From: Xylanibacter ruminicola
Lineage (GTDB): Bacteria; Bacteroidota; Bacteroidia; Bacteroidales; Bacteroidaceae
Assembly: GCA_015060625.1 (NCBI GenBank)
Contig: SUYC01000005.1
Location: 41,270-105,269, forward strand
DNA: 64,000 nt
Reading direction: 5' to 3'
Shown: positions 9,097 to 17,168 of the stretch, piece after piece
Layout: every line of letters starts with the position of its first letter
Position numbering within the stretch: position 1 is the stretch's first letter
Notes under the pieces: generated by a model
What the model saw: the letters and a program-made list of their open reading frames with translations, nothing else
Databases searched by the model: none
What the model was told of the DNA's origin: nothing
Made by a program: the position numbers and the translations under genes

Positions 9097-9132
9097 AAAA
9101 AAAAGAGATCTGCTAAGCAGGTCTCTTTTTTT
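9097..9132. terminator. Bidirectional terminator between tRNA-Tyr and the DUF349 gene
   Basis: A8-GAGATCTGC-TAA-GCAGGTCTC-T7. Confidence 0.85.
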
Positions 9133-9158
9133 CTATCTATGTATTTAATTCGCAATCA

Positions 9159-10994
9159 TTATTTGTTTTCAGCATCAATAGCCTTAATCTTCTCGCGAAT
9201 CAGGTTCATATCGTCCTTCAACTTCTGCACCTTGCGGTTCATCTCGTCAATCAGACTGTTACCCTTCTTCGAGCTGGCATTCAGGAATCCGAGGTTGTTC
9301 TCGTAGGTCTGAATCTCCGACTTCAGGTTCTCGTACTGGCGGAACAGGCGTGTGCGCTCGTTGTCGAGGGCATTCTCGCCACGCTCAGCCACGCTCTTCA
9401 GGTTCTGCTTAAAGTTGTTCAGCTTGCGCTTAGCCACGCTGATGTTCAAATCCTTATACAGCTTGTCGAGCACTGCGTGATACTCCTTGTAGAGCTTGTC
9501 CTTCTCTTTATAAGGTACATGACCTACGGTGTTGTATTCATCTACCAGCTTCTGTACCTTTTCGGCCACCTCATCACCAGTCTCTGTAGCCAAAGCCTTC
9601 AGCTGCTCGATGATACCCTGCTTCTTCTCCAGGTTCTCGCGCTCCTCACCACGTGCACCAGCACCTGCGGCATTGCGGGCCTCGAAGAAGGTGTTGCAGG
9701 CTGTCAGGAACTCCTCCCACAGCTGGTCGCCCAACTTCTTAGGCACCATACCAATGGTTTTCCATTCCTTCTGCAGGGCAATGAACTTGTCGCTGGTAGA
9801 TTTCCAGTCGGTTGATGCCTGCAGTTCCTTGGCCTTCTCAATCAGGGCACGTTTCTTCTCGGCGTTCTCCTTGAAGGTTTCTTTCAGTCCCTTGAAGTAG
9901 GCGGCCTTACGACCAAAGAAATCGTCGCAGGCAGCGCGGAAACGCTCAAATATCTTCACGTTCATCTTCTGAGGTGCAAAACCGATGGTTTTCCACTCAG
10001 TCTGAATATCGATAATCTGCTTGGTATGCTTCTCCCAGTCGCCACTGCCCTTGTTTTCCTCGGCAGCAATAGCCTCTACCTTCTCGCAGAGAACGGTCTT
10101 ACGGGCCAGGTTTTCTTCCTCCTTGGCACGCACACCCTCAAAGTGCTGCTGGTGGCGCTTGTTGATAACGCTCGATGCAGCCTTGAAGCGGTTCCAGATT
10201 TCCTCGCGCTGCTCCTTGGCTACAGGACCGATTTCGCGATACTCCTGATGCAGCTTCTGCAACTGGTGGAAAGCGCTGATCACATCCTCCTCGTCGGCCA
10301 GCTTCTCGGCAGCCTCGCAGAGGGCGGTCTTCAGCTCCAGGTTCTTCTTAAAGTCATACTCGCGTGCTTCGCTGTTCAGGCGCAGCATATCGTAGAACTG
10401 CTCTACGTACAGCTGATAGTTGCGCCACAATTCGTTGGCCTTATCAGCTGGCACATTCTTAATTTCGCGCCACTGCTCCTGCAGGCTCTTGAACTCCTTG
10501 TAGTTCTTGTTAGCCTCGTCGGGGGTGGTTACCATAGCCTTGATACGGTCGATGATAGCCAGTTTCTTGGTCAGGTTCTCCTGCTTTTCAGCCTCCTGCT
10601 CCTTGAAAATCTTGGCGCGCTTTTCTTTGATGATGCCCATCTCAGCCTTGAAAGCCTCTTCCTGTTCATCGGGCGTGTACTGGTACTGCTCCGGATCGCC
10701 ACCGGCATCGAGATAAGCCTTGAGTTTTGCCTCACGCTCGGCCACATGCAGTTTGTAGAACGACGATTTCAGATACTCAATCTCGTCCTTCTGTGGAACT
10801 TCCTCGCTATGTGCAATGTCCTGCAAGCGGTGCAGCACATCGGCTTTGGTCTCGTAAACCACACGTGTCAGCTCCTCGGCCTGCTCAGCTGCTGGCTCTG
10901 AGTTTTCAGTTGTTTCTACTTGAGAGGTAACCTCTTCGTTAACTACTTCTTCGTTTTTACCCAGTTCGAGGGTCTTCTCTTGAGAGTCCATCAT
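9159..10994 (-). CDS. DUF349 repeat-containing protein
   Basis: Repeated units such as LQEQWREIKNVP...ELWRNY, LHQEYREIGPVAKEQREEIWNRFKAA and WKTIGFAPQKMNVKIFERFRAACDDFF. Confidence 0.9.
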   Translation of the reverse strand: MMDSQEKTLELGKNEEVVNEEVTSQVETTENSEPAAEQAEELTRVVYETKADVLHRLQDIAHSEEVPQKDEIEYLKSSFYKLHVAEREAKLKAYLDAGGDPEQYQYTPDEQEEAFKAEMGIIKEKRAKIFKEQEAEKQENLTKKLAIIDRIKAMVTTPDEANKNYKEFKSLQEQWREIKNVPADKANELWRNYQLYVEQFYDMLRLNSEAREYDFKKNLELKTALCEAAEKLADEEDVISAFHQLQKLHQEYREIGPVAKEQREEIWNRFKAASSVINKRHQQHFEGVRAKEEENLARKTVLCEKVEAIAAEENKGSGDWEKHTKQIIDIQTEWKTIGFAPQKMNVKIFERFRAACDDFFGRKAAYFKGLKETFKENAEKKRALIEKAKELQASTDWKSTSDKFIALQKEWKTIGMVPKKLGDQLWEEFLTACNTFFEARNAAGAGARGEERENLEKKQGIIEQLKALATETGDEVAEKVQKLVDEYNTVGHVPYKEKDKLYKEYHAVLDKLYKDLNISVAKRKLNNFKQNLKSVAERGENALDNERTRLFRQYENLKSEIQTYENNLGFLNASSKKGNSLIDEMNRKVQKLKDDMNLIREKIKAIDAENK

Positions 10995-11108
10995 TTAACT
11001 ATTAAATTATTACTAAATGATGCTTAGCATCATCAACATTTGGGGTCAAAATTAAACATTATTATTTAATTAACCTAATTTTTTTGCGTTTTTTTGCGTT
11101 TTTGAGGC

Positions 11109-12035
11109 CTAAACTAGTCGTTTATGACGGAAAATGCCCCATGCAATAGCCGAAATGGCGACAGAAATGATGACAGCCAAGATAAATCCCCATGGTTTGG
11201 ATTCCATGCCGTTGATGAGGTTCATACCGAACATCGACGTCACCAGCGTCGGTATCATCATCAGGATGGTTACCGTTGTCAGTGTACGCATCACGGTGTT
11301 CATGTTGTTATTGATAATACTTTGATAAGTGTCCATGGTTGACTCGAGAATGTTCGAGTAAATCATGGTGGTTTCGCGGGCCTGTGTCATCTCGATGGTA
11401 ACGTCCTCAATCAGGTCGGCATCCAATTCGTCAATCTGCAGTTTGAACTTCAGTTTCGACAACAGGGTTTCGTTGCCACGGATAGAAGTCTGGAAGTAAG
11501 TGAGCGAGTCTTGCAGTCGGCTCAGACCAATCAGACTCTCGTTGTTCACCTCCTTGTCCAGGTTGCGTTTGGCCTTATCAATCAGCATCGAAATCTGCTT
11601 CAGGCGCTTCAGGTACCAAACAGCACTCGAAAGGAACAAGCGGAAAATCATATCCACATGGTCGGTAAAGCCTTCGCCACGTTTCTGCTGGAAACTCACG
11701 AAATCTATCATCATGTTTGTTTCGTAAAAACAAACGGTAATCGTCACATCACGTTTATGGATGATACCCAAGGGCACGGTGGTATATGGCGTGCGTGAAC
11801 GTATCTCCTTGACGTAGGGGATACGCAGAATAATCAGCATCCAACCGTCGTCGTACTCATAACGAGCACGCTCATCGGTATCGCTGATGTCCGACATGAA
11901 ATAGTCGGGAATATTAAACTTCTCTTCGAGTTCGCGCTGGTCTTCTTCGGTGGGGCATGTCACCTGTATCCAGCAATTGGGCTGCCAGTCATTGATCTGG
12001 TTCAGTCCGCCTTGGGTATTCCAGAATGTCTTCAT
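11109..12035 (-). CDS. corA: CorA-family magnesium transporter, start MKTFWN at 12035
   Basis: Signature GMN in TSMFGMNL, two C-terminal TMs, and DTDERARYEYDDGW. Confidence 0.93.
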   Translation of the reverse strand: MKTFWNTQGGLNQINDWQPNCWIQVTCPTEEDQRELEEKFNIPDYFMSDISDTDERARYEYDDGWMLIILRIPYVKEIRSRTPYTTVPLGIIHKRDVTITVCFYETNMMIDFVSFQQKRGEGFTDHVDMIFRLFLSSAVWYLKRLKQISMLIDKAKRNLDKEVNNESLIGLSRLQDSLTYFQTSIRGNETLLSKLKFKLQIDELDADLIEDVTIEMTQARETTMIYSNILESTMDTYQSIINNNMNTVMRTLTTVTILMMIPTLVTSMFGMNLINGMESKPWGFILAVIISVAISAIAWGIFRHKRLV

Positions 12036-12053
12036 TTTGCTAATCCTCACATT

Positions 12054-12088
12054 TAATTGACAATTGGTAATTGACAATTGATAATTGT
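12054..12088. repeat. Five tandem heptamers (C/T)AATTG(A/G/T) in the corA leader
   Basis: TAATTGA CAATTGG TAATTGA CAATTGA TAATTGT. Confidence 0.85.
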
Positions 12089-12132
12089 TCTAGCGGCAAG
12101 AGGATTAGCGGTCTTGCCTGCCACCCTCCAGC

Positions 12133-12168
12133 CTAACAGTTGTAACTATTCGCCGGGTAATCGTCCAT
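12133..12168 (-). CDS. Candidate 11-aa leader peptide MDDYPANSYNC upstream of corA
   Basis: ATG preceded by an AT-rich region (AACAACAAAAAT). It sits between the corA promoter (TACCTTTG at 12200-12207, TTTG at 12227-12230) and competing hairpins. Confidence 0.5.
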   Translation of the reverse strand: MDDYPANSYNC

Positions 12169-12237
12169 ATTTTTGTTGTTTAATTAATAATATCGGGTGC
12201 AAAGGTAAAAAGAAAAATTGAAAAAACAAATTTTTAA

Positions 12238-12315
12238 GGCACGAATTACGCGAATTACACGAAAGTTTTCGATTGTGCATAAAAATAATCCGTGTTAATT
12301 CGTGTAATCCGTGCC
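12238..12315. repeat. Imperfect palindromic element with arms built of ~9-nt CACGAATTA/CACGGATTA units
   Basis: GGCACGAATTACGCGAATTACACGA ... TCCGTGTTAATTCGTGTAATCCGTGCC, just downstream of the pepD stop. Confidence 0.75.
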
Positions 12316-12321
12316 AAAAAA

Positions 12322-13779
12322 CTACTTCTCAGGAATAACCTCGAGTGTGTGCTTCAGCAGCGTCCAGAATGGCTCTACGGTTGCTATCAGTGCACGCTCG
12401 GTAGTGGTGTGAGGCGACTTCATCGTTGGTCCGAAGCTCACTACATCCAGGTGTGGATACTTGCCCAGGATGATAGAGCACTCCAAACCGGCATGGTCAA
12501 CCTGGATAATACCGTCCTGACCAAACAGCGCCTTATACTCTTTGCAGAGCAGGTTCAGAATCTCGCTATCGGGGTTGGGATCCCAGCCGCCGTAGCTGCC
12601 AGCAGTCTCCACCTTCATACCTGCCATGTTAAAGCAGCTCTCCAAGGTTTTTACAATATAGTCCTTCATATCCTCACGACTTGAACGAGCCAGAATCTTC
12701 AGCGAAGCCTTACCCTCGCCAATGTTGATGATGGCCAGGTTGCTTGATGTCTCCACCACGTTAGGATAGCTGGGAATCATGCGGATCACACCATCGTGAC
12801 AGCCGTAGATGGCATTAATCAGGTTGTCCTGAATCTCTACAGGCACCTCCATCTTTGGCGTCTCCACTTCCTCGCAGAGCACCTCGATACCGCTCTCGAT
12901 ACCTTTGTACTCATCCTGGAAATCGTCCTGCCAGTCGGCAGCCAACTCCTGCAGGGCAGCTACATTCTCTTTGGGCAATGTGAGCACGGCCTCGGCCTTG
13001 AATGGGATGGCATTACGCATGTTGCCACCCTGCCAACTGGCCAGACGAGCCTCGCACTCTTCGATGGCCTCGCGAACGATACGAACCAGCAGCTTGTTGG
13101 CATTACCGCGACCCTCGTGAATCTCCAGGCCAGAGTGTCCGCCACGCAAGCCCTTGACAGTTACCTTTACAGCAGCATCGTCGGCTTCGGTCTCTACCTC
13201 TTTATAGTCCAGAGTGGCAGTTACGTCGATACCACCAGCGCTACCAATCACAAACTTTCCCCAGCACTCAGAGTCGAGGTTCAGCAGAATATCGCCATTC
13301 AGCTCGCCAGCAGGCAGAGCGTTGGCACCAAACATACCTGTCTCCTCGTCGGCAGTAATCAGCGCCTCGATAGGACCATGCTTCAAGGTCTTATCCTCCA
13401 TCACAGCCATGATGGCTGCTACGCCTAAGCCGTTGTCGGCACCCAGGGTAGTGCCCTTAGCCTTTACCCACTCACCATCAATCCATGGCTCAATAGGGTC
13501 GGTCTCAAAGTTATGAGTGCTCTCAGGTGTCTTCTGTGGTACCATATCCATGTGTGCCTGCAGAATCACGCCCTTTTTCTTCTCCATACCAGGCGAAGCG
13601 GGCTTGCGCATCACAATATTATCTGCAGGGTCCTTAAAGGCCTCTACACCTGCCTGCTTGGCAAAATCAAGCAGAAACTGTTGTACTTTCTCCAAATGTC
13701 CAGAAGGACGTGGAACCTGTGTCAATGCATAGAAATTCTTCCAAATGCACTCAGGGTTCAGATTCTTAATTTCACTCAT
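12322..13779 (-). CDS. pepD: Aminoacyl-histidine dipeptidase (M20)
   Basis: LQAHMDMVPQK, TTLGADNGLG, TADEETGM, LLNLDSE, GGHSGLEIH, HAGLEC, SFGPT...PHTTTE. Confidence 0.95.
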   Translation of the reverse strand: MSEIKNLNPECIWKNFYALTQVPRPSGHLEKVQQFLLDFAKQAGVEAFKDPADNIVMRKPASPGMEKKKGVILQAHMDMVPQKTPESTHNFETDPIEPWIDGEWVKAKGTTLGADNGLGVAAIMAVMEDKTLKHGPIEALITADEETGMFGANALPAGELNGDILLNLDSECWGKFVIGSAGGIDVTATLDYKEVETEADDAAVKVTVKGLRGGHSGLEIHEGRGNANKLLVRIVREAIEECEARLASWQGGNMRNAIPFKAEAVLTLPKENVAALQELAADWQDDFQDEYKGIESGIEVLCEEVETPKMEVPVEIQDNLINAIYGCHDGVIRMIPSYPNVVETSSNLAIINIGEGKASLKILARSSREDMKDYIVKTLESCFNMAGMKVETAGSYGGWDPNPDSEILNLLCKEYKALFGQDGIIQVDHAGLECSIILGKYPHLDVVSFGPTMKSPHTTTERALIATVEPFWTLLKHTLEVIPEK

Positions 13780-14827
13780 AGTTTTTTTGTTTATTTGGGT
13801 TAAAACGTTTCGTAAACATCAAGGCAGCCCAGGCATAGATTCCTAATGCAATCACCAGCATGGTCTGCACAGTATGAACAATCAGCACAAACCAGAGGGC
13901 ATGCTCATCAGCCACACCATAGAGAATCAGCATGGTCTTGATGGCAAAATGCCAGGGCCCGGCACCATTAGGCGTAGGCACGATAACGGCAAAGTTAGCC
14001 ACTACAAACGATACCAATGCGCAGCCGATACCTAAGTCCTTAGTAAAGTCGAAGCAGAAGAAGGTGAGGTAGTAATGCAGAAAATACATCACCCAGATGC
14101 CAATCGAGAAAAACAGATAAAGTGGCAGGTTGTGCACCCCCTTGAGCGAGAGCACACCTTCCCAGATGCCACCTAACGTCATCTTTACCTTATTATATAT
14201 AGAGAAGTTTTTCAGCAACAGATGCAGCAGTATCAGTACAGCCACTGCACAGATGGCTGTCACCACCCAACCCATTACCGAGAAACCACCTAATATTCTG
14301 TCGAGCGATGTACCTGTCTTGCGGAAGAAGGTGCCAAACACGCTTATCTCAACCAGCAGGATAATACCCGAATAGATCATCACTATCAGCGTATCCACAG
14401 CACGTTCTGTAACCACTGTTCCCAGTGCTTTCGAGAATGATATGCCGTCGTAGCGCTTCAGGATGGCGCATCGCGAAAACTCGCCGATACGAGGTATCAC
14501 CAAACTGGCCGCATAGCTGATGAATACTGCATGTATGCAGGTACTGGCCCTATTAATTGCAGGTGCTTCATCCTTCCTCCTTTCTCCTTCCTCCTTCCTC
14601 GTAAGAATCGGCTCCAGTGTCTGTTTCCATCGCCAACCGCGAAACATCTGTGCCAGGATTCCAAAGGGAAACGATAGCAACATCCAAGTCCAGTTCATTT
14701 CTTCGGTCAGCACACGACTGATAGTCGAAAAGTCTTCACCACGATACATCCACCACAAAATGGCACCGCCAAGTATAAAAGGCAGTACCACTTTAGCAAC
14801 GCTACTGATGATGTTTTTTAATTCCAT
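13772..14827 (-). CDS. Lysylphosphatidylglycerol-synthase TM / flippase-like domain protein (UPF0104)
   Basis: FRGWRWKQTLEP, SYAASLVIPRIGEFSRC, GTVVTERAVD, VPTPNGAGPWH, multiple TMs. Confidence 0.85.
   Translation of the reverse strand: MELKNIISSVAKVVLPFILGGAILWWMYRGEDFSTISRVLTEEMNWTWMLLSFPFGILAQMFRGWRWKQTLEPILTRKEEGERRKDEAPAINRASTCIHAVFISYAASLVIPRIGEFSRCAILKRYDGISFSKALGTVVTERAVDTLIVMIYSGIILLVEISVFGTFFRKTGTSLDRILGGFSVMGWVVTAICAVAVLILLHLLLKNFSIYNKVKMTLGGIWEGVLSLKGVHNLPLYLFFSIGIWVMYFLHYYLTFFCFDFTKDLGIGCALVSFVVANFAVIVPTPNGAGPWHFAIKTMLILYGVADEHALWFVLIVHTVQTMLVIALGIYAWAALMFTKRFNPNKQKNYE
14566..14600. repeat. Five tandem CTTCCTC-type heptamers inside the flippase-like CDS
   Basis: CTTCATC CTTCCTC CTTTCTC CTTCCTC CTTCCTC, read on the minus strand as RKEEGERRKDE. 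Confidence 0.85.
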
Positions 14828-14918
14828 GGGGGCAAAGGTACGAATAAACGAGTGAAATACAAAATAAATCCCTATTTATTTTTATTTCCGAGTGGAAGTA
14901 CCTTCGGCGAAGCCAAAG
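14825..14918 (-). repeat. Left arm of a 94-bp inverted repeat containing the flippase-gene promoter and start codon
   Basis: 8 mismatches to the reverse complement of 15228-15321. Carries TACCTTTG followed 5 nt later by ATG. Confidence 0.9.
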
Positions 14919-15064
14919 TACGAATAATAATTGATACGTGTCAAAGAAAGCTCACTTTTTTGGCTTTTTTCTACTATTTTCTTGGCTGTGTGCGATAACA
15001 GTCGTACCTTTGCAGCGGTTTTAAGGATAACAAATAAATAAAAGATTAGAGAAAGGAATTAATT

Positions 15065-15169
15065 ATGGTAACTTTAGAGACAAGTTTTTTATTAATGACC
15101 ATGGCTGCCTTCGCATTAGCTGTATCACTGGTAGTAACCGTTGCTGTTAATGTAGACAACAATAAGTAA
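15065..15169 (+). CDS. Small 34-aa hydrophobic peptide [34 protein letters not shown], not in the ORF track
   Basis: Has its own promoter (CTTG 14981-14984, 20 nt, TACCTTTG 15005-15012), an AT-rich upstream region, one TM segment and its own terminator. Confidence 0.6.
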   Translation: MVTLETSFLLMTMAAFALAVSLVVTVAVNVDNNK

Positions 15170-15193
15170 TTGAACAAAAATTGAAAAATGGGG

Positions 15194-15223
15194 TCGCAGA
15201 TTTTCTAATCTGCGATTTTTTTT
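15194..15223 (+). terminator. Intrinsic terminator of the small ORF
   Basis: TCGCAGATT-TTCT-AATCTGCGA followed by T8. Confidence 0.8.
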
Positions 15224-15227
15224 GTAG

Positions 15228-15321
15228 CTTTGGCTTCGCCGAAGGTACTTCCGTTCGGAAATAAAAATAAATTCGGATTTATTTTGTATTTCGCTCACTT
15301 ATTCGTACCTTTGTCCCCATG
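15228..15321 (+). repeat. Right arm of the 94-bp inverted repeat containing the rsmA promoter and start codon
   Basis: CTTTGGCTTCGCCGAAGGTACTTCC...ATTCGTACCTTTGTCCCCATG. Confidence 0.9.
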
Positions 15322-16143
15322 AAACAAGTTCGACCCAAGAAAAATCTCGGTCAGCACTTTCTGACCGACCTGAATATCGCCAAGCGTATTGCCGATACCG
15401 TAGATGCCTGTCCCGACATTCCTGTACTGGAGGTTGGTCCTGGCATGGGTGTGATGACTCAATATCTCGTAGAGAAGCCCCGTCCCTTCAAGGTCGTCGA
15501 AATCGACCGCGAGAGTGTAGCCTATCTGCAGGAACATTTCCCTGAATTTACGAGTCCCCTTCCTCCTTCCTCCCTTCTCCTTCCTCGAGAAATCATCTCT
15601 GCTGATTTCTTGAAGATGGATCTTCGTGAGGTGTTTGATGGTCAGCAGTTTGTGCTCACCGGCAACTATCCTTACGATATCTCATCGCAGATTTTCTTCA
15701 AGATGCTCGACAATAAGGATCTGATTCCCTGTTGCACCGGTATGATTCAGCACGAGGTGGCAGTTCGCATGGCCTCACAGCCCGGCAACAAACAGTATGG
15801 CGTCTTGTCGGTGCTTATTCAGGCTTGGTATAATGTGGAGTATCTCTTCACTGTCGAGCCAGGCGTGTTCAATCCGCCTCCCAAGGTACAGAGTGCTGTT
15901 ATCCGCATGACGCGTAACGAGGTGACCAATCTGGGTTGCGACGAACAGTTGTTCCGTCGCGTGGTAAAAACCACTTTCAACCAGCGTCGCAAGATGCTGC
16001 GTGTTTCTCTTCGTCAGATTTTCGATGCCAATCATCCTGCCCCCGCAGGCTTCTTCGACGATGAGATAATGACCCGCCGCCCCGAGCAGCTCTCCATCCC
16101 CCAGTTCATCGAACTCACCAACAAAGTCGCATCAGCATTATAA
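15319..16143 (+). CDS. rsmA: 16S rRNA (A1518/A1519) dimethyltransferase KsgA/RsmA
   Basis: KKNLGQHFL, VLEVGPGMG, VVEIDR, GNYPYDISS, FNPPPKVQSAV, FNQRRKML. Confidence 0.97.
   Translation: MKQVRPKKNLGQHFLTDLNIAKRIADTVDACPDIPVLEVGPGMGVMTQYLVEKPRPFKVVEIDRESVAYLQEHFPEFTSPLPPSSLLLPREIISADFLKMDLREVFDGQQFVLTGNYPYDISSQIFFKMLDNKDLIPCCTGMIQHEVAVRMASQPGNKQYGVLSVLIQAWYNVEYLFTVEPGVFNPPPKVQSAVIRMTRNEVTNLGCDEQLFRRVVKTTFNQRRKMLRVSLRQIFDANHPAPAGFFDDEIMTRRPEQLSIPQFIELTNKVASAL
15559..15586. repeat. Four tandem CTTCCTC-type heptamers inside rsmA
   Basis: CTTCCTC CTTCCTC CCTTCTC CTTCCTC, translated within SPLPPSSLLLPRE. Confidence 0.85.
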
Positions 16144-16195
16144 CCCCGCTCGCATAAAGCTCGCTCCACCCGCCCTCGCTCTTTTGGGGGTGCGT

Positions 16196-16224
16196 GCCCC
16201 CAGCCGCGCGGCATACCCCGCGGT
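16196..16224. repeat. GC-rich REP-like hairpin element, copy 1
   Basis: GCCCCCAGCCGCGCGGCATACCCCGCGGT, preceded by GGGGGTGCGT. Near-identical to 20527-20556. Confidence 0.8.
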
Positions 16225-16320
16225 CCTTTTGGGTATTTTTACATCTAATAGTAACTTTTTCCCTTAAAGACTTGGTATTTTTAATTATATTGTTTATATT
16301 TGCAGCCGAAAAGCGAATTT

Positions 16321-16335
16321 AAACATTAAATGTTT
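16321..16335. promoter_or_regulatory. Palindromic operator candidate downstream of the abiE promoter
   Basis: AAACATT-A-AATGTTT, just downstream of a TATATTTG -7 box near 16295. Confidence 0.45.
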
Positions 16336-16355
16336 ATTTCTGTTAGTAGATTGTT

Positions 16356-17168
16356 ATGCGAACGGGTAGTTTACAGAGCTGGGTTGACCAGCAAATGATT
16401 CGAGGCAGGTACATCTTTACGAAGGAAGATGTGTTAGCACAAGGGCTATCGCAGGCGGATGATAGTCTGAATACGGCTTTGTCGAGGTTAGGTAAGAAGG
16501 GTGTGATTGTTTCTCCTTGGCAGAATTTCTATGTGGTGGTGCCTACGGAGTATCGGTTGAAGGGAAATGTGCCACCATCGCTTTATATCGACCATCTGAT
16601 GAAGTCTTTAGGTAGGGATTATTACGTATCTCTGCTGTCGGCTGCTGCGCTGAACGGCGCGGGGCATCAGCGGGCAATGGCGTTTCAGGTTACAGTGAAC
16701 GGAGCACCTATACACTCTGGAATAAAGAATGGAGTAAGACTTGATTTTACACTTCGCAACCCTCTCCCTATGATGTATGTGAAGCAGGTGAAGACTCAAA
16801 TGGGGTTCATAAATGTTTCGTTGCCTGAGTTAACGGCCCTTGATTTGGTGCTTAATGAGAACAAGGTTGGTGGTATTAATCGCGTTACAGAGGTGCTGAT
16901 AGAACTATCAGAAAACATGCATTTCGACGAATCCTTCACAGATCTTCTCACTTTCTTTAATGCACCCGTTATTCAGCGTCTGGGATATTTGCTTGATTTG
17001 ATTGAAGAGCATGAACTTGCCGATCGTCTGCTGATGCTTGCACAAAAGCAGAGTAAACTGTTTCGGAAAATCCGTCTGAAGCAGTCGAAGACTCAAACAG
17101 ACGATATGGTAATTGATAGTCGATGGAAGGTGATTGTTAATCAAGAAATAGAAACTGATGAAATATGA
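16356..17168 (+). CDS. abiEi: Type IV TA antitoxin, AbiEi family
   Basis: N-terminal wHTH, YYVSLLSAAALNGAGHQRAMAFQV, PELTALDLV, QRLGYLLD. ATGA overlap with the toxin. Confidence 0.85.
   Translation: MRTGSLQSWVDQQMIRGRYIFTKEDVLAQGLSQADDSLNTALSRLGKKGVIVSPWQNFYVVVPTEYRLKGNVPPSLYIDHLMKSLGRDYYVSLLSAAALNGAGHQRAMAFQVTVNGAPIHSGIKNGVRLDFTLRNPLPMMYVKQVKTQMGFINVSLPELTALDLVLNENKVGGINRVTEVLIELSENMHFDESFTDLLTFFNAPVIQRLGYLLDLIEEHELADRLLMLAQKQSKLFRKIRLKQSKTQTDDMVIDSRWKVIVNQEIETDEI

Noticed and set aside
8776-9306. ORFs 8776-9306 and 8973-9155
   Set aside because: They run across tRNA-Tyr and its terminator.
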